39,404 bases of DNA from assembly GCA_036734185.1 (NCBI GenBank), contig DAIMZB010000001.1, positions 29,000-68,403 of the forward strand. The letters run 5' to 3'. The notes beneath the pieces were generated by a model, which worked only from the letters and a program-made list of their open reading frames with translations, was not told the DNA's origin and made no database searches. The number at the start of each line of letters is the position of its first letter. Positions within the stretch are counted from its first letter, which is position 1. This DNA comes from Thiobacillaceae bacterium. GTDB lineage: Bacteria; Pseudomonadota; Gammaproteobacteria; Burkholderiales; Thiobacillaceae. Both the position numbers and the translations under genes were made by a program. Shown here in pieces: positions 20,396 through 30,614 of the stretch.

Positions 20396-21354
20396 GCCCA
20401 TGCCCCTCTCAGCATGGCGATGCCGTGCGCCCCGTGGCTGCGCGCGACCGCCAGCTCTGCGAGCGTCACGCCGCCCAGCGCGTAGACCGGAATCGGCCTT
20501 TGCGCCGCCAGCCGTGCGAATTTTTCCCATCCCAGCGTGGGTTCGCCGGGGTGGCTTTGCGTGGGCAACACGGGCGAGAGCATGGCGAAATCGGCGATTT
20601 CCGCGGCGTGCGTCAACTCTTCGCTGTTGTGGCAGGACGCGCCCACCAGAAAAGAATCAGGCTCGGCGCAACCGGGGCGCGCCGCGCATTTCATCAGCGC
20701 GCCGCTGTCGAGGTGCACGCCGTCGGCGCCTGCCGCCTTTGCGAGTTCGAGCGGGCCGTTGACCAGCACGCGCGCGCCGTAGGGCCTGGCATGTTTGACG
20801 ACTTCGCGCGCCAGGCTGAGGCGCTCAGATTCGGGCAGGTCTTTGTCGCGCACCTGGATCAGGCGCAGGCCGTTTTGCAGCGCGGCTTCGAGCCGCTGCA
20901 GGAAGACATCGCGCCCGAACGCCCTGGCATGGCTGATGCCGTAGGCCGGCGGCAGCTGCAGAGCTTTCAAAATCGGGAAGTTCGCCGGCAGCAAGGGTTC
21001 CACCGAATGCGCCGCCGGATTGTGCTGCCTTGAATCAATCCAGGCAAAAGTCTGGCCTTCGTGCGGGTGCGGCTCGCCCTGCCAGCGCCAGACCCGGAAG
21101 AAATTCAGCCGCACGGTTGCGTGCGGGTAAGTGAAGACCCGGGTGATCCAGCGGGTCGCATGCACGTTATCGATGCCGAGCTCTTCCTTCAGCTCCCGCG
21201 CCAGCGCATGTTCCAGCGACTCCCCCGTTTCCACCTTGCCGCCGGGAAATTCCCAATAGCCGGCGTAAACCTTGCCGGCGGGACGCGAGGCCAGCATCAC
21301 TTCGCCGTTGTCCTTGGTCAGCACGGCGGCAACGACTTCAACGACGTCGCTCAT
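20392..21354 (-). CDS. MutT-like Nudix hydrolase fused to a thiamine-phosphate-synthase-like (ThiE/TenI) domain
   Basis: Nudix box WEFPGGKVETGESLEHALARELKEELGI. C-terminal LIQVRDK, ADGVHL, GASCH, SPVLPTQSHP, VYALGG. Confidence 0.9.
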   Translation of the reverse strand: MSDVVEVVAAVLTKDNGEVMLASRPAGKVYAGYWEFPGGKVETGESLEHALARELKEELGIDNVHATRWITRVFTYPHATVRLNFFRVWRWQGEPHPHEGQTFAWIDSRQHNPAAHSVEPLLPANFPILKALQLPPAYGISHARAFGRDVFLQRLEAALQNGLRLIQVRDKDLPESERLSLAREVVKHARPYGARVLVNGPLELAKAAGADGVHLDSGALMKCAARPGCAEPDSFLVGASCHNSEELTHAAEIADFAMLSPVLPTQSHPGEPTLGWEKFARLAAQRPIPVYALGGVTLAELAVARSHGAHGIAMLRGAWA

Positions 21355-22196
21355 TTTCCCTGGCCGGCCCAGTCCTTGGCGAATTGCCAGGCGGTGCGGC
21401 CGGAGCGTGCCCCGCGACCCAGGCTCCACTGCAGTGCGGCGCGGGTGAAGGCTTCCGAGCGGCTGTCCGTGGCGCCCAGCTCGTTTGCCCAGTGTGCGGC
21501 AATGGCGAGATATTCGTCCTGGTCCATGGCATAGAAGCTGATCCACAGGCCGAAGCGTTCGGACAGCGAGATTTTTTCCTCGACCGCCTCGCCCGGATGC
21601 ACCTCGCCGCCGATATGCCGGGCTTCCTCGTTCTCCGCCATGTATTCGGGCATGAGGTGGCGGCGGTTGCTGGTGGCGTAGATCAGCACGTTGTCGCCGG
21701 GCGTGGCGAGCGAGCCATCCAGCGCGGCTTTCAGTGCGGGGTAGCCAGGTTCGTCTGCGGTGAACGAGAGGTCGTCGCAAAACAGGATGAAGCGCTGCGG
21801 GGCCTGCGGCAGGCTGTCGAACAGCTCGGGCAAATGCGCGAGCCCGGCCTTGTCGAGCTCGACAAGGCGCAGGCCCTTGCTGGCGTATTTCGCCAGCATC
21901 GCTTTTACCAGCGAGGACTTGCCGGTGCCGCGCGCGCCGGTCAACAGCACGTTGTTGGCAGACTTGCCGGCTACGAACTGGCGGGTGTTGGCGTCGATCT
22001 TCTGCTTTTGCTCGTCAATATTGAGCAGGTGCCGTGCTTCGATACGGTGCGGCCGCGAGATCGGGCGCAGGCTGCGGGTTTCCGCGACCCAGCGCGCTGC
22101 GTGGGTCTTTTTCCAGTCGATGGCGGCGGCAGGCGCGCCTTCCAGACGGTCGAGGAGGCGCTCGATGCGCGGCAGCAGATGGTCAAGAGTGCTCAA
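21351..22196 (-). CDS. DUF815-family AAA+ ATPase
   Basis: Probable TTG start overlapping the argJ stop. Walker A GARGTGKS, Walker [33 protein letters not shown]. Confidence 0.88.
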   Translation of the reverse strand: MSTLDHLLPRIERLLDRLEGAPAAAIDWKKTHAARWVAETRSLRPISRPHRIEARHLLNIDEQKQKIDANTRQFVAGKSANNVLLTGARGTGKSSLVKAMLAKYASKGLRLVELDKAGLAHLPELFDSLPQAPQRFILFCDDLSFTADEPGYPALKAALDGSLATPGDNVLIYATSNRRHLMPEYMAENEEARHIGGEVHPGEAVEEKISLSERFGLWISFYAMDQDEYLAIAAHWANELGATDSRSEAFTRAALQWSLGRGARSGRTAWQFAKDWAGQGK

Positions 22197-23419
22197 GTGC
22201 GGTACTCCGCGTTGATCTTCACATAGTCGTAGGAAAAGTCGCAGGTCCATACCGTGGCATTCGCGCTGCCGCGGTTCAACACGGCGCGGATGGTGATCTC
22301 GGCTTCCTTCATCACTGCCGCGCCCTGCGCTTCGGTGTAGCTGGACGCCCGCCCGCCCTTCTCCGCCACCAGCACATCGCCAAGATAGACCTCGATGCCG
22401 TTCACGTCGAGATCGGTCACGCCGGCGTAGCCGATGGCGGCGAGGATGCGGCCGAGGTTGGGATCGGACGCGAAGAACGCGGTCTTGACCAGCGGCGAGC
22501 GCGCGATGGCGTAGGCGACCTGCTTGCACTCCGCGCGATCGCGGCCCTTCTCGATCTGTACTGTCATGAATTTGGTGGCGCCCTCGCCGTCTCTGGCCAT
22601 CGCCTGCGCGAGCTGGATCGATACTTCGGACAGCGCGGCCTTGAGCGCGGCGCAGTCGGTGGAGCCGATATCGCCGATCTCGGCATTGCCGGCCTGGCCG
22701 CTGGCGATCAGGATGAAACTGTCGTTGGTGGAGGTGTCGCCGTCCACGGTCACGCAGTTGAACGAAACGTCGGCCACTTCCTTCACCAGCTGGTTCAATA
22801 CGGCCTGCGACACTGCGGCGTCGGTAGCGACATAGCCGAGCATGGTGGCCATGTTGGGATGGATCATGCCCGAGCCCTTGGCGATTCCGGTCACGGTCAC
22901 GGTCTTGCCGCCGACCTGGGCTTGCACCGATACTGCCTTGGCCACGATGTCGGTGGTCATGATGGCGTGCGCCGCTTCGCTCCAGTGATCCGGAGCGAGG
23001 TCAGCTTTTACTGCGGGCAGCGCCGGCAGGATCTTGTCGATGGGCAGCGGCTCAAGAATCACGCCGGTGGAAAAGGGCAGCACCTGCTCGGACGCAATGC
23101 CGAACAGTTGCGCCACTGCCGCACAGGTCTGGCGCGCGCGGTCGAGACCCTGCTCGCCGGTGCCGGCATTGGCGTTGCCAGTGTTGATCACGAGCGCACG
23201 AATGCTGCCGCTGGAAAGGTGCTGCTTGCACACCGTTACCGGCGCAGCGCAAAAACGGTTTTGCGTGAACACGCCGGACACCCTTGAGCCGGGCGCGAGT
23301 TCGATCAGGGTGAGGTCGCGGCGGCCAGGCTTCTTGATGCCGGCCGAAGCAATGCCGAGTTTCACGCCGGCAACGGGAAGCAGGGAGGCGGGGTCGGGCG
23401 TAGGCAGGTTAACGGGCAT
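22193..23419 (-). CDS. argJ: Ornithine acetyltransferase / N-acetylglutamate synthase ArgJ
   Basis: [53 protein letters not shown]. Confidence 0.97.
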   Translation of the reverse strand: MPVNLPTPDPASLLPVAGVKLGIASAGIKKPGRRDLTLIELAPGSRVSGVFTQNRFCAAPVTVCKQHLSSGSIRALVINTGNANAGTGEQGLDRARQTCAAVAQLFGIASEQVLPFSTGVILEPLPIDKILPALPAVKADLAPDHWSEAAHAIMTTDIVAKAVSVQAQVGGKTVTVTGIAKGSGMIHPNMATMLGYVATDAAVSQAVLNQLVKEVADVSFNCVTVDGDTSTNDSFILIASGQAGNAEIGDIGSTDCAALKAALSEVSIQLAQAMARDGEGATKFMTVQIEKGRDRAECKQVAYAIARSPLVKTAFFASDPNLGRILAAIGYAGVTDLDVNGIEVYLGDVLVAEKGGRASSYTEAQGAAVMKEAEITIRAVLNRGSANATVWTCDFSYDYVKINAEYRT

Positions 23420-23451
23420 GACAGCAGCTTCAGGATTCTAAAGCCGCTATT

Positions 23452-23796
23452 TTACTTCTCTCCGTCAGGTTTTTTCCCCGCCAGTTTGCGCATGAGCTCA
23501 TGGCTCAGGCTGTAAAAACGCGGCGTGGGGCCGAGGTCCTCGTAGATGGGATCGCCCTGGTCATCCTCCGCGATGATGCGTTTGCCCGGCACATAGGGCA
23601 TGGCAACCTCAAGCTCGTCCAGCGCCGCATGCAGCAGGTCGGACAGAATCTCTTCTTCCGAGCACTCCGGATACATGATTTGCAGCGCTTCGACGCGGGC
23701 GGCGTCGCGCAATTGCAACTGCATGTGGTAGTGCTTGCCCGCCAGGGGCGGGTGCATATGGCTACCCCAGCGCGGTATGAGGTCGCTGATCTTCAT
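23452..23796 (-). CDS. Conserved hypothetical protein, 114 aa
   Basis: Fills the gap between the DUF938 gene and argJ on the same strand. The C-terminal motif PYVPG...DDQGDPIYEDLGPTPRF resembles a proteobacterial hypothetical family from memory. Confidence 0.7.
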   Translation of the reverse strand: MKISDLIPRWGSHMHPPLAGKHYHMQLQLRDAARVEALQIMYPECSEEEILSDLLHAALDELEVAMPYVPGKRIIAEDDQGDPIYEDLGPTPRFYSLSHELMRKLAGKKPDGEK

Positions 23797-23832
23797 ATGC
23801 GTTTTATAGCCCAGAACAGCTTGCTGCCAAGC

Positions 23833-24441
23833 TCAATTTTTTACGAAAACCAGAAGGCGATTGTTGGCGGGCATGGCGTGGTCGGCTTCCAGATGCAAGC
23901 CGTTGATTTCCGCGCAGTTCACGACAGCTTCGAAATCGCGGATGCCGGACAGCGGGTCGCGATTTTTAAGCCATTCGTCGAAGCGGGCGTTGCTGTCGGA
24001 GGTGAAGTTGCCAGCGTAGTTGAAGGGTCCGTATACAGCCAGCCGACCGTCTTTTCGCAGCAGCCTGCCGGCGCCCGCAATCAGCTTCTGCGCCAGTTCC
24101 CATGACACGATGTGCAGCGTGTTGGCCGTGAAAATGCCGTCGTATGCGCCGTCCGGCCAGGGTCCGTTTACATCCAGTGCGAGCGGTGCCAGCACGTTGG
24201 GCAATACGGCATCCTCAAGCCAGGCGCGAATGCCGGCGTGGTTGGCGGGCAGGTCGCTGGTCTGCCACGTCAGATGAGGCAGCGCCGCGCCAAAGTGCAC
24301 CGCGTGCTGGCCGGTGCCGGAGCCGATTTCCAGGATGCGCGCGGGCTGGCAGAAGACCTCGCGCAGGGTGGCGAGGATGGGCGCCTTGTTGCGTTCGCAG
24401 GATTCGGAAAGGGGTTTTTCCTGGGGGGCATGCATCATCAT
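23833..24441 (-). CDS. DUF938-family SAM-dependent methyltransferase
   Basis: CERNKAPIL, SAM motif LEIGSGTGQH, YGPF, SNARFD, GIRD, MPANN. Exact Met start uncertain (MMM). Confidence 0.88.
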   Translation of the reverse strand: MMMHAPQEKPLSESCERNKAPILATLREVFCQPARILEIGSGTGQHAVHFGAALPHLTWQTSDLPANHAGIRAWLEDAVLPNVLAPLALDVNGPWPDGAYDGIFTANTLHIVSWELAQKLIAGAGRLLRKDGRLAVYGPFNYAGNFTSDSNARFDEWLKNRDPLSGIRDFEAVVNCAEINGLHLEADHAMPANNRLLVFVKN

Positions 24442-27400
24442 TCTGTCTCGATGGCAATCAGGCGGCCGGGAGGCAGCAGCAGGGCGGCGCGCACCGGGAT
24501 GCCGGGATAAAGCGGGGCAATGGCGTCGACATAGCGGGCGAGCTGGCCGCCGTGTTGCGTTATCAGTTCTTCGTCAGGCCTGTCTGTGCTTTCTTCACCC
24601 GTTTTGTAATCGAGTATCCAGATCGCGTCTTCGAATTCGACCAGGCGATCGATGCGCTGCAGATTTCCTTCGCGATCGAGGATTTCAAGTTCGTTGCGCG
24701 CCCTGCGGTACTGCGCGGGATCGAAATAGCGTGCCAGTTGCGGGGCCGTGATCAGGTCACGCGCGCGCGCCTCGACGGCGTCGAGCTGGTCGGCGCCAAG
24801 CCCAAGCCTCGCCGCCAGCGCATGCAGGTCGCGCGCCGCGCCGGGCGGCGCATGGCGCTCCAGGCAGGCGTGGAACAGTTCACCCATGGCGGCGGTTTCG
24901 CTTTTTCGTGCGACCTCCAGGCGCTGGCCGACGGCTGGCGCCTGCATGCGCGGGCTGGTGGCAGCCGGCGGAGCGGCCTCATTCGAGGTACACGCCGGAA
25001 GATCGGCAGGATTTCGGTCATCGGACCAGGCGGCGGCAATGCGTTTCAGCCATTGGTTTTTGCTTTCGTCGCCACTCACGATCAGCGCCTGCTTCGCGCG
25101 TGTCAGGGCGACATAGAGCAGGTTGGCAGCCTCGTGCTCCGCCAGGACTTCTTCCTTGCCGAACCAGTCAGCGCGGAAAACGCCGTGCTCTTCCTTCTTG
25201 CCATATAGGGAGAAATGCTGCGGGCGGTCGGCGACGGGCGGCCAGGGAGAGAGGACATGGTAAGTCTCGCCCTGGCTGTGGTCGCTGCCGCCGAGAAGCC
25301 ACACGATAGGCGCTTCCAGTCCCTTCGCGCCATGGATGGTCAACAAGCGCACGGCATTTTCGCCGTCGGCGGCGATGCCTTCGCCGGGTGCGGCATCGGT
25401 GTCGTCGACCAGGCTTTTCAGTTCGCGTATGAAGCCTGCCAGGGTCGGATAACGGCCGCCGTCCTGGGTCAGTGCGAGCTGCATGAAGGCGCGCAAGTTG
25501 GCGGCGATTTGCGGCCGCATGGCAAGTGGAGCGGCGGCGGCATAGCGTGCTTCCACATCGCCCTCGAAATAGATGCGGTCGAGCAGATCGTGCACCGGCA
25601 GCCTGCCGATATGCTTGCGCCAGCCTTGCAGCAGGCACCAGGCGCGCGCCATGGGGGCCGGGCAGTCGGCATGCGCAGCCAGACTTTCCAACCGGCCCCA
25701 CCAGTGCGCGCCCTCCTCCGCACTCAGTCTCAGCAGCTCTTCATCGCTGCAGGAAAACAGCGGGCTTTTCAGCGCGTGCGCGAGGCGGAGATCGGCGTGC
25801 GGCGTCATCAGGACTTCCAGCAGCGCGATCAGGTCCTGCGCCTCCAGTGCATGCAGCAGGCCGCCGCGGCGCGAGGTAATGAAAGGAATCTGCGCCTGCT
25901 CCAGGGCGCGCTCGTAGACCTGCAGGTGCGTGCGCCTGCGCACGAGGGCCAGTACGTCACCGGGACGCGCGGCATGCAACCCGCCATGCTTGTCCCTGAC
26001 CTGCCAGCGACCGATGATTTCGTCGCGCAGCACCTGGGCAAATCGCTCCGCCTCGAGGTGCACAGCCTTGTCTGCCGCTTCCGGCAAGGCGTTGGCGAGT
26101 GGATTGCGCAATTCTTTCGGTGCCGGAGTTTCGTTTTTTTGTGCGGTCACGCCGATGCAGCGCGCTGCGCCAGCGAGGGTTTCGTTCTGGGGCGCATGGC
26201 TGTGCGCAGCGAAGCCGTCCTCGTTCTCGAACACCGGATTGATCGCATGCACAAGCGCGGGTGCCAGCCTGCGCGTCATGTTCTGAGTGAAGCGCTCCGC
26301 GCCGAAGTTTGCCTGCAGAAATTGGGCAGCGGCATCGAACACGCGCGCCTCCCCGCGGCGAAAACGGTAGATGGCCTGCTTGGGGTCGCCCACCATGAAC
26401 ACGGTCATTCCGGCATCCGCGGCGCGGTTTTCCGTCAACCAGGCAGACAGGCCCTGCCATTGCAGCGGATTGGTGTCCTGGAACTCGTCGAGCAGCAAGT
26501 GGCGATAGCGCGCGTCAAGTTTCATGGCCAGCTGTGGCGCGTATTCCTCGTTCGCCAGCAGGCGGCATGCCAGCCATTCAGCGTCGGCGAAATCGATTAC
26601 GCCCAGTTCGGCCTTCGCTTCCTGGTAGGCCTGCAGGAAAGCGTGGCCGAGCAGCAGGCCGTGGCGATTAAGTTGCCATGCGCGAATTTCGACCCGGTGC
26701 TCGATCAGGTCAATAAATGCATCTTCCAGCGCCAGCACATCTCGGCGATGCACCTCGAATCCTGGGCCCAGGGCAGACTCCAGTGCCGCGGTCGGTTTTT
26801 TGGTGCGCCGTTCGCCCTTGCTGGTGAGCACGTTGTAAATCACGCCGTCGATGTCCCGCGCATCAAGTGCGGCAAAAATGTTTGTGCTGCATCTGGTCTC
26901 GTCCTTGCCGCCTTGCGCCAGTGCCTGACCCACACGTTTCACGCGCGCGACCATCAATTCATTTGCCCAGAATGCCGCCACCGGATCGGCGTCAGGATCG
27001 AACGTCAGGCTGCTTCGCAACTGTGTCAGCGCATAGACAACGGGTTCGGCCTTGCCTTCGGTGTAGGCCCACCATTCGGCGCGGCGCTGCAAAAAGTGGA
27101 ACAGCAGGCTTTCCAGATTGGTTTGGCCGAAATCATGCAGCAGGGCCGATAGCGCGACGCCCTGCGGCGTCGCGGGCTTGCTCGCCCAGTCGTTGGCCAG
27201 CCGCTCCCAGACTTCGCGCTGCAACTGGTTTTCGCGTTCCAGCAGCGACGCGCCCCAGGGCAGCCCGGCTTCCAGCGGCGCGCCTTTCAGGAGATCCATG
27301 AACCAGCCATGAAAAGTGGTGACAGTCGGTCCCGGCGTGGCGGTCAGCACTTTTTCCAGAAGGCCGCGCGCATTCGGCAGCAGGCTTTCGATCTCTGTCT

Positions 27401-27671
27401 CCGCGACCGCTCGCTCGCGCAGGAACTTGCGCACCTCGTCGTCGCTTTTCAGCGCCAGCGTCTGCAGCCATTGGTTCAGGCGGTCGGTCATTTCCTGCGC
27501 GGCCTTGCGCGTGAAGGTGATGGCCAGGAGTTCCGAGGGCTCGGCGCCTGCCAGCAGCAGGCGGATCATGCGCGACACCAGCAACCAGGTCTTGCCGCTG
27601 CCGGCACAGGCTTCGACTACGCACGAGGCGCGCGGGTCAAGCGCAACCGCGGTGTCGAGCGGCCTAATCAT
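24438..27671 (-). CDS. addA: AddA/RecB-like UvrD helicase with C-terminal nuclease domain
   Basis: ATG 27671. Walker A ACAGSGKT, ITFTRKAA, LDEFQDT, VGDPKQAIYRFR, TIHGAKGLE, YVALTRA. Nuclease RIDRL...DYKTG. Confidence 0.88.
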   Translation of the reverse strand: MIRPLDTAVALDPRASCVVEACAGSGKTWLLVSRMIRLLLAGAEPSELLAITFTRKAAQEMTDRLNQWLQTLALKSDDEVRKFLRERAVAETEIESLLPNARGLLEKVLTATPGPTVTTFHGWFMDLLKGAPLEAGLPWGASLLERENQLQREVWERLANDWASKPATPQGVALSALLHDFGQTNLESLLFHFLQRRAEWWAYTEGKAEPVVYALTQLRSSLTFDPDADPVAAFWANELMVARVKRVGQALAQGGKDETRCSTNIFAALDARDIDGVIYNVLTSKGERRTKKPTAALESALGPGFEVHRRDVLALEDAFIDLIEHRVEIRAWQLNRHGLLLGHAFLQAYQEAKAELGVIDFADAEWLACRLLANEEYAPQLAMKLDARYRHLLLDEFQDTNPLQWQGLSAWLTENRAADAGMTVFMVGDPKQAIYRFRRGEARVFDAAAQFLQANFGAERFTQNMTRRLAPALVHAINPVFENEDGFAAHSHAPQNETLAGAARCIGVTAQKNETPAPKELRNPLANALPEAADKAVHLEAERFAQVLRDEIIGRWQVRDKHGGLHAARPGDVLALVRRRTHLQVYERALEQAQIPFITSRRGGLLHALEAQDLIALLEVLMTPHADLRLAHALKSPLFSCSDEELLRLSAEEGAHWWGRLESLAAHADCPAPMARAWCLLQGWRKHIGRLPVHDLLDRIYFEGDVEARYAAAAPLAMRPQIAANLRAFMQLALTQDGGRYPTLAGFIRELKSLVDDTDAAPGEGIAADGENAVRLLTIHGAKGLEAPIVWLLGGSDHSQGETYHVLSPWPPVADRPQHFSLYGKKEEHGVFRADWFGKEEVLAEHEAANLLYVALTRAKQALIVSGDESKNQWLKRIAAAWSDDRNPADLPACTSNEAAPPAATSPRMQAPAVGQRLEVARKSETAAMGELFHACLERHAPPGAARDLHALAARLGLGADQLDAVEARARDLITAPQLARYFDPAQYRRARNELEILDREGNLQRIDRLVEFEDAIWILDYKTGEESTDRPDEELITQHGGQLARYVDAIAPLYPGIPVRAALLLPPGRLIAIETE

Positions 27672-30291
27672 TCCAGGCCCCCTTGCGGCACAGTCCGCGC
27701 GCTTCGCAGTACTGGCACACCGCGTCGATGCCATTGGCCGGCAGTCTGGCGCCTGTGGCAATGGCTTCCAGCAATCGGGGCAGCCTCAGGCCGATGGCTT
27801 CGACATCGGTTTTGTCATTGAGGCCGATGGGCGCCACGGCCTCGTCGTCAATGGGCAGGAAGGCGGCCTCTGCCCGGGCCAGCCAGGCGTAAAAAGGCAG
27901 TTGCACGTTTTCCTCGGGGGCTTCGGCTGCATTTTTCAGCGCGCGTGGCTTGCGCGTCTTGTAGTCGATGACGCGCAGCGTGTCGCCCCTGCGGTCGATG
28001 CGGTCGACACGGCCGTGCAGGCGCACTTCGCCAAAGCCCGCAACATGGTGTCGGACTTCGATGTCGGTTTCGCCCGACTGGTAGCGCCAGCCTTGCGCGA
28101 CGTGTTCAAGCCAGGCATCGATGTAGTGCGGTTGTATCTTTTCCCAGCGCGCGCGCCAGGCGGCAGCGGTGTAAGCGGGCAGCCTGGAGAACTCGGCTTC
28201 GGAATATTGGTGCAGCAGGGCCAGGGCGGCCTCGTGTTCGTGCGGCGGGCCGGCATCGTGGAAACGCCGGAGGATGGCGTGTAGTGCGCTGCCGTAGTCG
28301 CTCTTGTCGAGCGCGTCGTCGGCTTCGTCGAGCGCCTGCAGCCCCAGCACGCCCTTCGCAAAAAATCGGTAAGGGCAGTCGAGCAGGGTCTGGTAGGTCG
28401 TGGGCGAGTAGCGGTCGGGCAGGCGCGCAATCGGCACGGCGGGCGCGGGTGTGCGGACGGCCTGCGGCAACTCGCTTGCCTGGGTCGGCGGCGCGCCCGC
28501 AGCCTGGGTTTCCAGCTCGCTCCCCCATGCTGCCTCATGCAGCGCCTGCAGGCGGATGACGAGCGGCGAAGGCGGGTTGGGCTCGTCATCGTGCCAGGCT
28601 TGCCACGAGAGCAGAGACGGTCCGCAGGCGAGGAGCGGAATGAGGTCCTCTATAACCTGGCGGGCCACCTCGGCAAAAGTCGGCAGCCCCAATTGCGCGC
28701 GAGTGGCCTGGTTGAACAAGCCGGTGCCGGCGCCGCCCGGCAGCCTGGCGGCATCGGCGCCGATCACCGCCACGGCTTCGAACGCCCGTCCGCGCGCAGC
28801 CGGCAGCGAGGTCAGCACGACGGGGCTGGCTACGCTCTGGTCAACGAAGCTTGCGTTTTCCAGCGCGCGGCTGAGCCAGCGCCGCCACTCGCCGAAGCCG
28901 TATTTCTCGCGATCGGCGGCGAGCTCGCCGCGCAGTTGCGCCAAGGCCTCCAGCACATTCGCGCCTGCGGCGTCGGCCTTGAGCGCTTCGGTTGCCTGCA
29001 GCCGGGCGAGGCTTTGCTCCAGGCGCCCAAGCCAGGCGCTGAGGCTGGCGCGTGATTGGCCGAAGCCGCGCGCGGTTTCGGCAAGGGTATCGAGCCATGG
29101 CAGAGCCTGCGGCACGTGCAGTTCGGCAAGCCGCCGCATTTCGTTCATGCCTTGCGCCACGCCGTGGCGGCGCATGGCCAACTCCAGGGCCAGCACTGCA
29201 TCTTGGCGCGCGGCCGTTTCGCCCAGCACGAAGGGGGATTTCAGCAGGTCCAGCAGTTCCACGTGTGGAAAATCGCGCGTCGCGCATTCCAGCCAGCGGT
29301 CGATCACCGCAGCTGCCGCCGTGGTCGAGAGGGTCCAGCCGGTTTCGTCCGTCACCAGAACGTTGATGCGTTCCAGCAGCGCGCGCAGCCGGCGCGAGGT
29401 TTCGCGGTCAAGCGCGATCAGGCCGATGGCGCGGCGCCCGGCGTTCAATTGCTCGGCAACCCAGGTGGCGATGGCGCGCGCTTCCGCCTCCAGATGCGGC
29501 GCCGGGCAAAGTCGCAGCCGGCCTCGCAGGGGGGACTTCATGCAGTTGTCCGCCAACTGGCTTGCCCTGATCCTTATTGGGGCGGACTCAGGGCGCCAGG
29601 CCGAATTCAGCGTGGCGATGAGGGCGTCTCCTGCCGGCATGGCTGCCTCGAACAGTCCGACCGGCGCATGCACTGCATAGCGCTCGAGAAAGCTTTTCTC
29701 GAGCGCGGTGAGCGGCCCGAGTGCATAGCCATAGAGCGGCCTGGCGGCGCTCTGCGCCTGTCCGACCAAGACCTCGAGCGCGCGCGCGTAGCGGGCCTGG
29801 GGATCGTTGCCGTCGGTGTTGAGTGCTTGCCAGACCGCTTCGACGAGCGCGGTTTCACGGCTGAGATGTTCGCCGCGCAAGGCGCGCATGCGACCGGCGA
29901 TTTCCCCGCCGAGGCGGGCGGCGGAGAGCTCATCCGCGAGCTGCAGCAATTCCTCCGCCAGCGCCCAGCGGTCGACTGTGCCTAGCCAGTGCTCGTGCCG
30001 CAACACGCCGTAGAGTCGGGCGAGCCTGTGCGACTGGGGCTCGGCGACACCTTCTGCGAGGCTTTCCGCCCAGGCTTTCAGTGGTGTGATGAGGGGTGGG
30101 ATGAGGGCCGGCAGGTTGGCTGCATGCGCCAATGCGCGGGCGAGATCCTGGCCGGCGCGGTGGTTGGGAACGAGGACAACCAGCCCGGAAAGATCAGGCA
30201 GCAGGTCGGCGTGGCGGTCGAGAAGGTGGCGGGCGACAGACTCAGGCAGGAGGGCGCCGGTGAGGGGAATCGAACTGATTCCCGCGGCCAT
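27664..30291 (-). CDS. addB: AddB-like PD-(D/E)XK nuclease with an inactive helicase-like N-terminus and four-Cys Fe-S staple
   Basis: No Walker A. DCPYRFF, YGSALHAIL, GRVDRID...IDYKT, QLPFY, CQYCEARGLC. Overlaps addA. Confidence 0.85.
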   Translation of the reverse strand: MAAGISSIPLTGALLPESVARHLLDRHADLLPDLSGLVVLVPNHRAGQDLARALAHAANLPALIPPLITPLKAWAESLAEGVAEPQSHRLARLYGVLRHEHWLGTVDRWALAEELLQLADELSAARLGGEIAGRMRALRGEHLSRETALVEAVWQALNTDGNDPQARYARALEVLVGQAQSAARPLYGYALGPLTALEKSFLERYAVHAPVGLFEAAMPAGDALIATLNSAWRPESAPIRIRASQLADNCMKSPLRGRLRLCPAPHLEAEARAIATWVAEQLNAGRRAIGLIALDRETSRRLRALLERINVLVTDETGWTLSTTAAAAVIDRWLECATRDFPHVELLDLLKSPFVLGETAARQDAVLALELAMRRHGVAQGMNEMRRLAELHVPQALPWLDTLAETARGFGQSRASLSAWLGRLEQSLARLQATEALKADAAGANVLEALAQLRGELAADREKYGFGEWRRWLSRALENASFVDQSVASPVVLTSLPAARGRAFEAVAVIGADAARLPGGAGTGLFNQATRAQLGLPTFAEVARQVIEDLIPLLACGPSLLSWQAWHDDEPNPPSPLVIRLQALHEAAWGSELETQAAGAPPTQASELPQAVRTPAPAVPIARLPDRYSPTTYQTLLDCPYRFFAKGVLGLQALDEADDALDKSDYGSALHAILRRFHDAGPPHEHEAALALLHQYSEAEFSRLPAYTAAAWRARWEKIQPHYIDAWLEHVAQGWRYQSGETDIEVRHHVAGFGEVRLHGRVDRIDRRGDTLRVIDYKTRKPRALKNAAEAPEENVQLPFYAWLARAEAAFLPIDDEAVAPIGLNDKTDVEAIGLRLPRLLEAIATGARLPANGIDAVCQYCEARGLCRKGAWND

Positions 30292-30614
30292 CAGCGTTCC
30301 AGATGCTGGAGTTTGTCCTTTACCTTGGCCCAGTCATCGGCATCCGGCAGGGCGTCCTTGCTTTCGATGATGGGCTTCCATTTCTTTGCCAGTTCGGCGT
30401 TGAGTTCGAGGAAGTGGCGCTGGTCTGCGGGGCAGTCGTCCTCAGCGAAAATGGCTTCCACCGGACACTCCGCCACGCACAAGGTGCAATCGATGCACTC
30501 GTCAGGATCAATGACCAGGAAATTCTCGCCCTCGCGAAAGCAGTCCACGGGACAGACATCCACACAGTCGGTGTATTTGCACTTGATGCAGGATTCGGTA
30601 ACGACGTAGGTCAT
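30291..30614 (-). CDS. fdxA: 7Fe-type ferredoxin (FdxA / Azotobacter FdI family)
   Basis: [26 protein letters not shown]...[12 protein letters not shown]...KLQHLER. Confidence 0.95.
   Translation of the reverse strand: MTYVVTESCIKCKYTDCVDVCPVDCFREGENFLVIDPDECIDCTLCVAECPVEAIFAEDDCPADQRHFLELNAELAKKWKPIIESKDALPDADDWAKVKDKLQHLER

Noticed and set aside
25215..27152. 645-aa antisense ORF within addA, and similar shadows over htpX, the kinase, trkA, rho and the ArnT-like gene
   Set aside because: All are fully explained by well-supported genes on the opposite strand or in another frame.
24438..30291. Helicase + nuclease + methyltransferase read as an anti-phage or restriction system
   Set aside because: Motifs, sizes and trxA linkage fit housekeeping AddAB. 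The methyltransferase lacks DNA-MTase catalytic motifs (DPPY/NPPY or PC), and composition matches the core genome.
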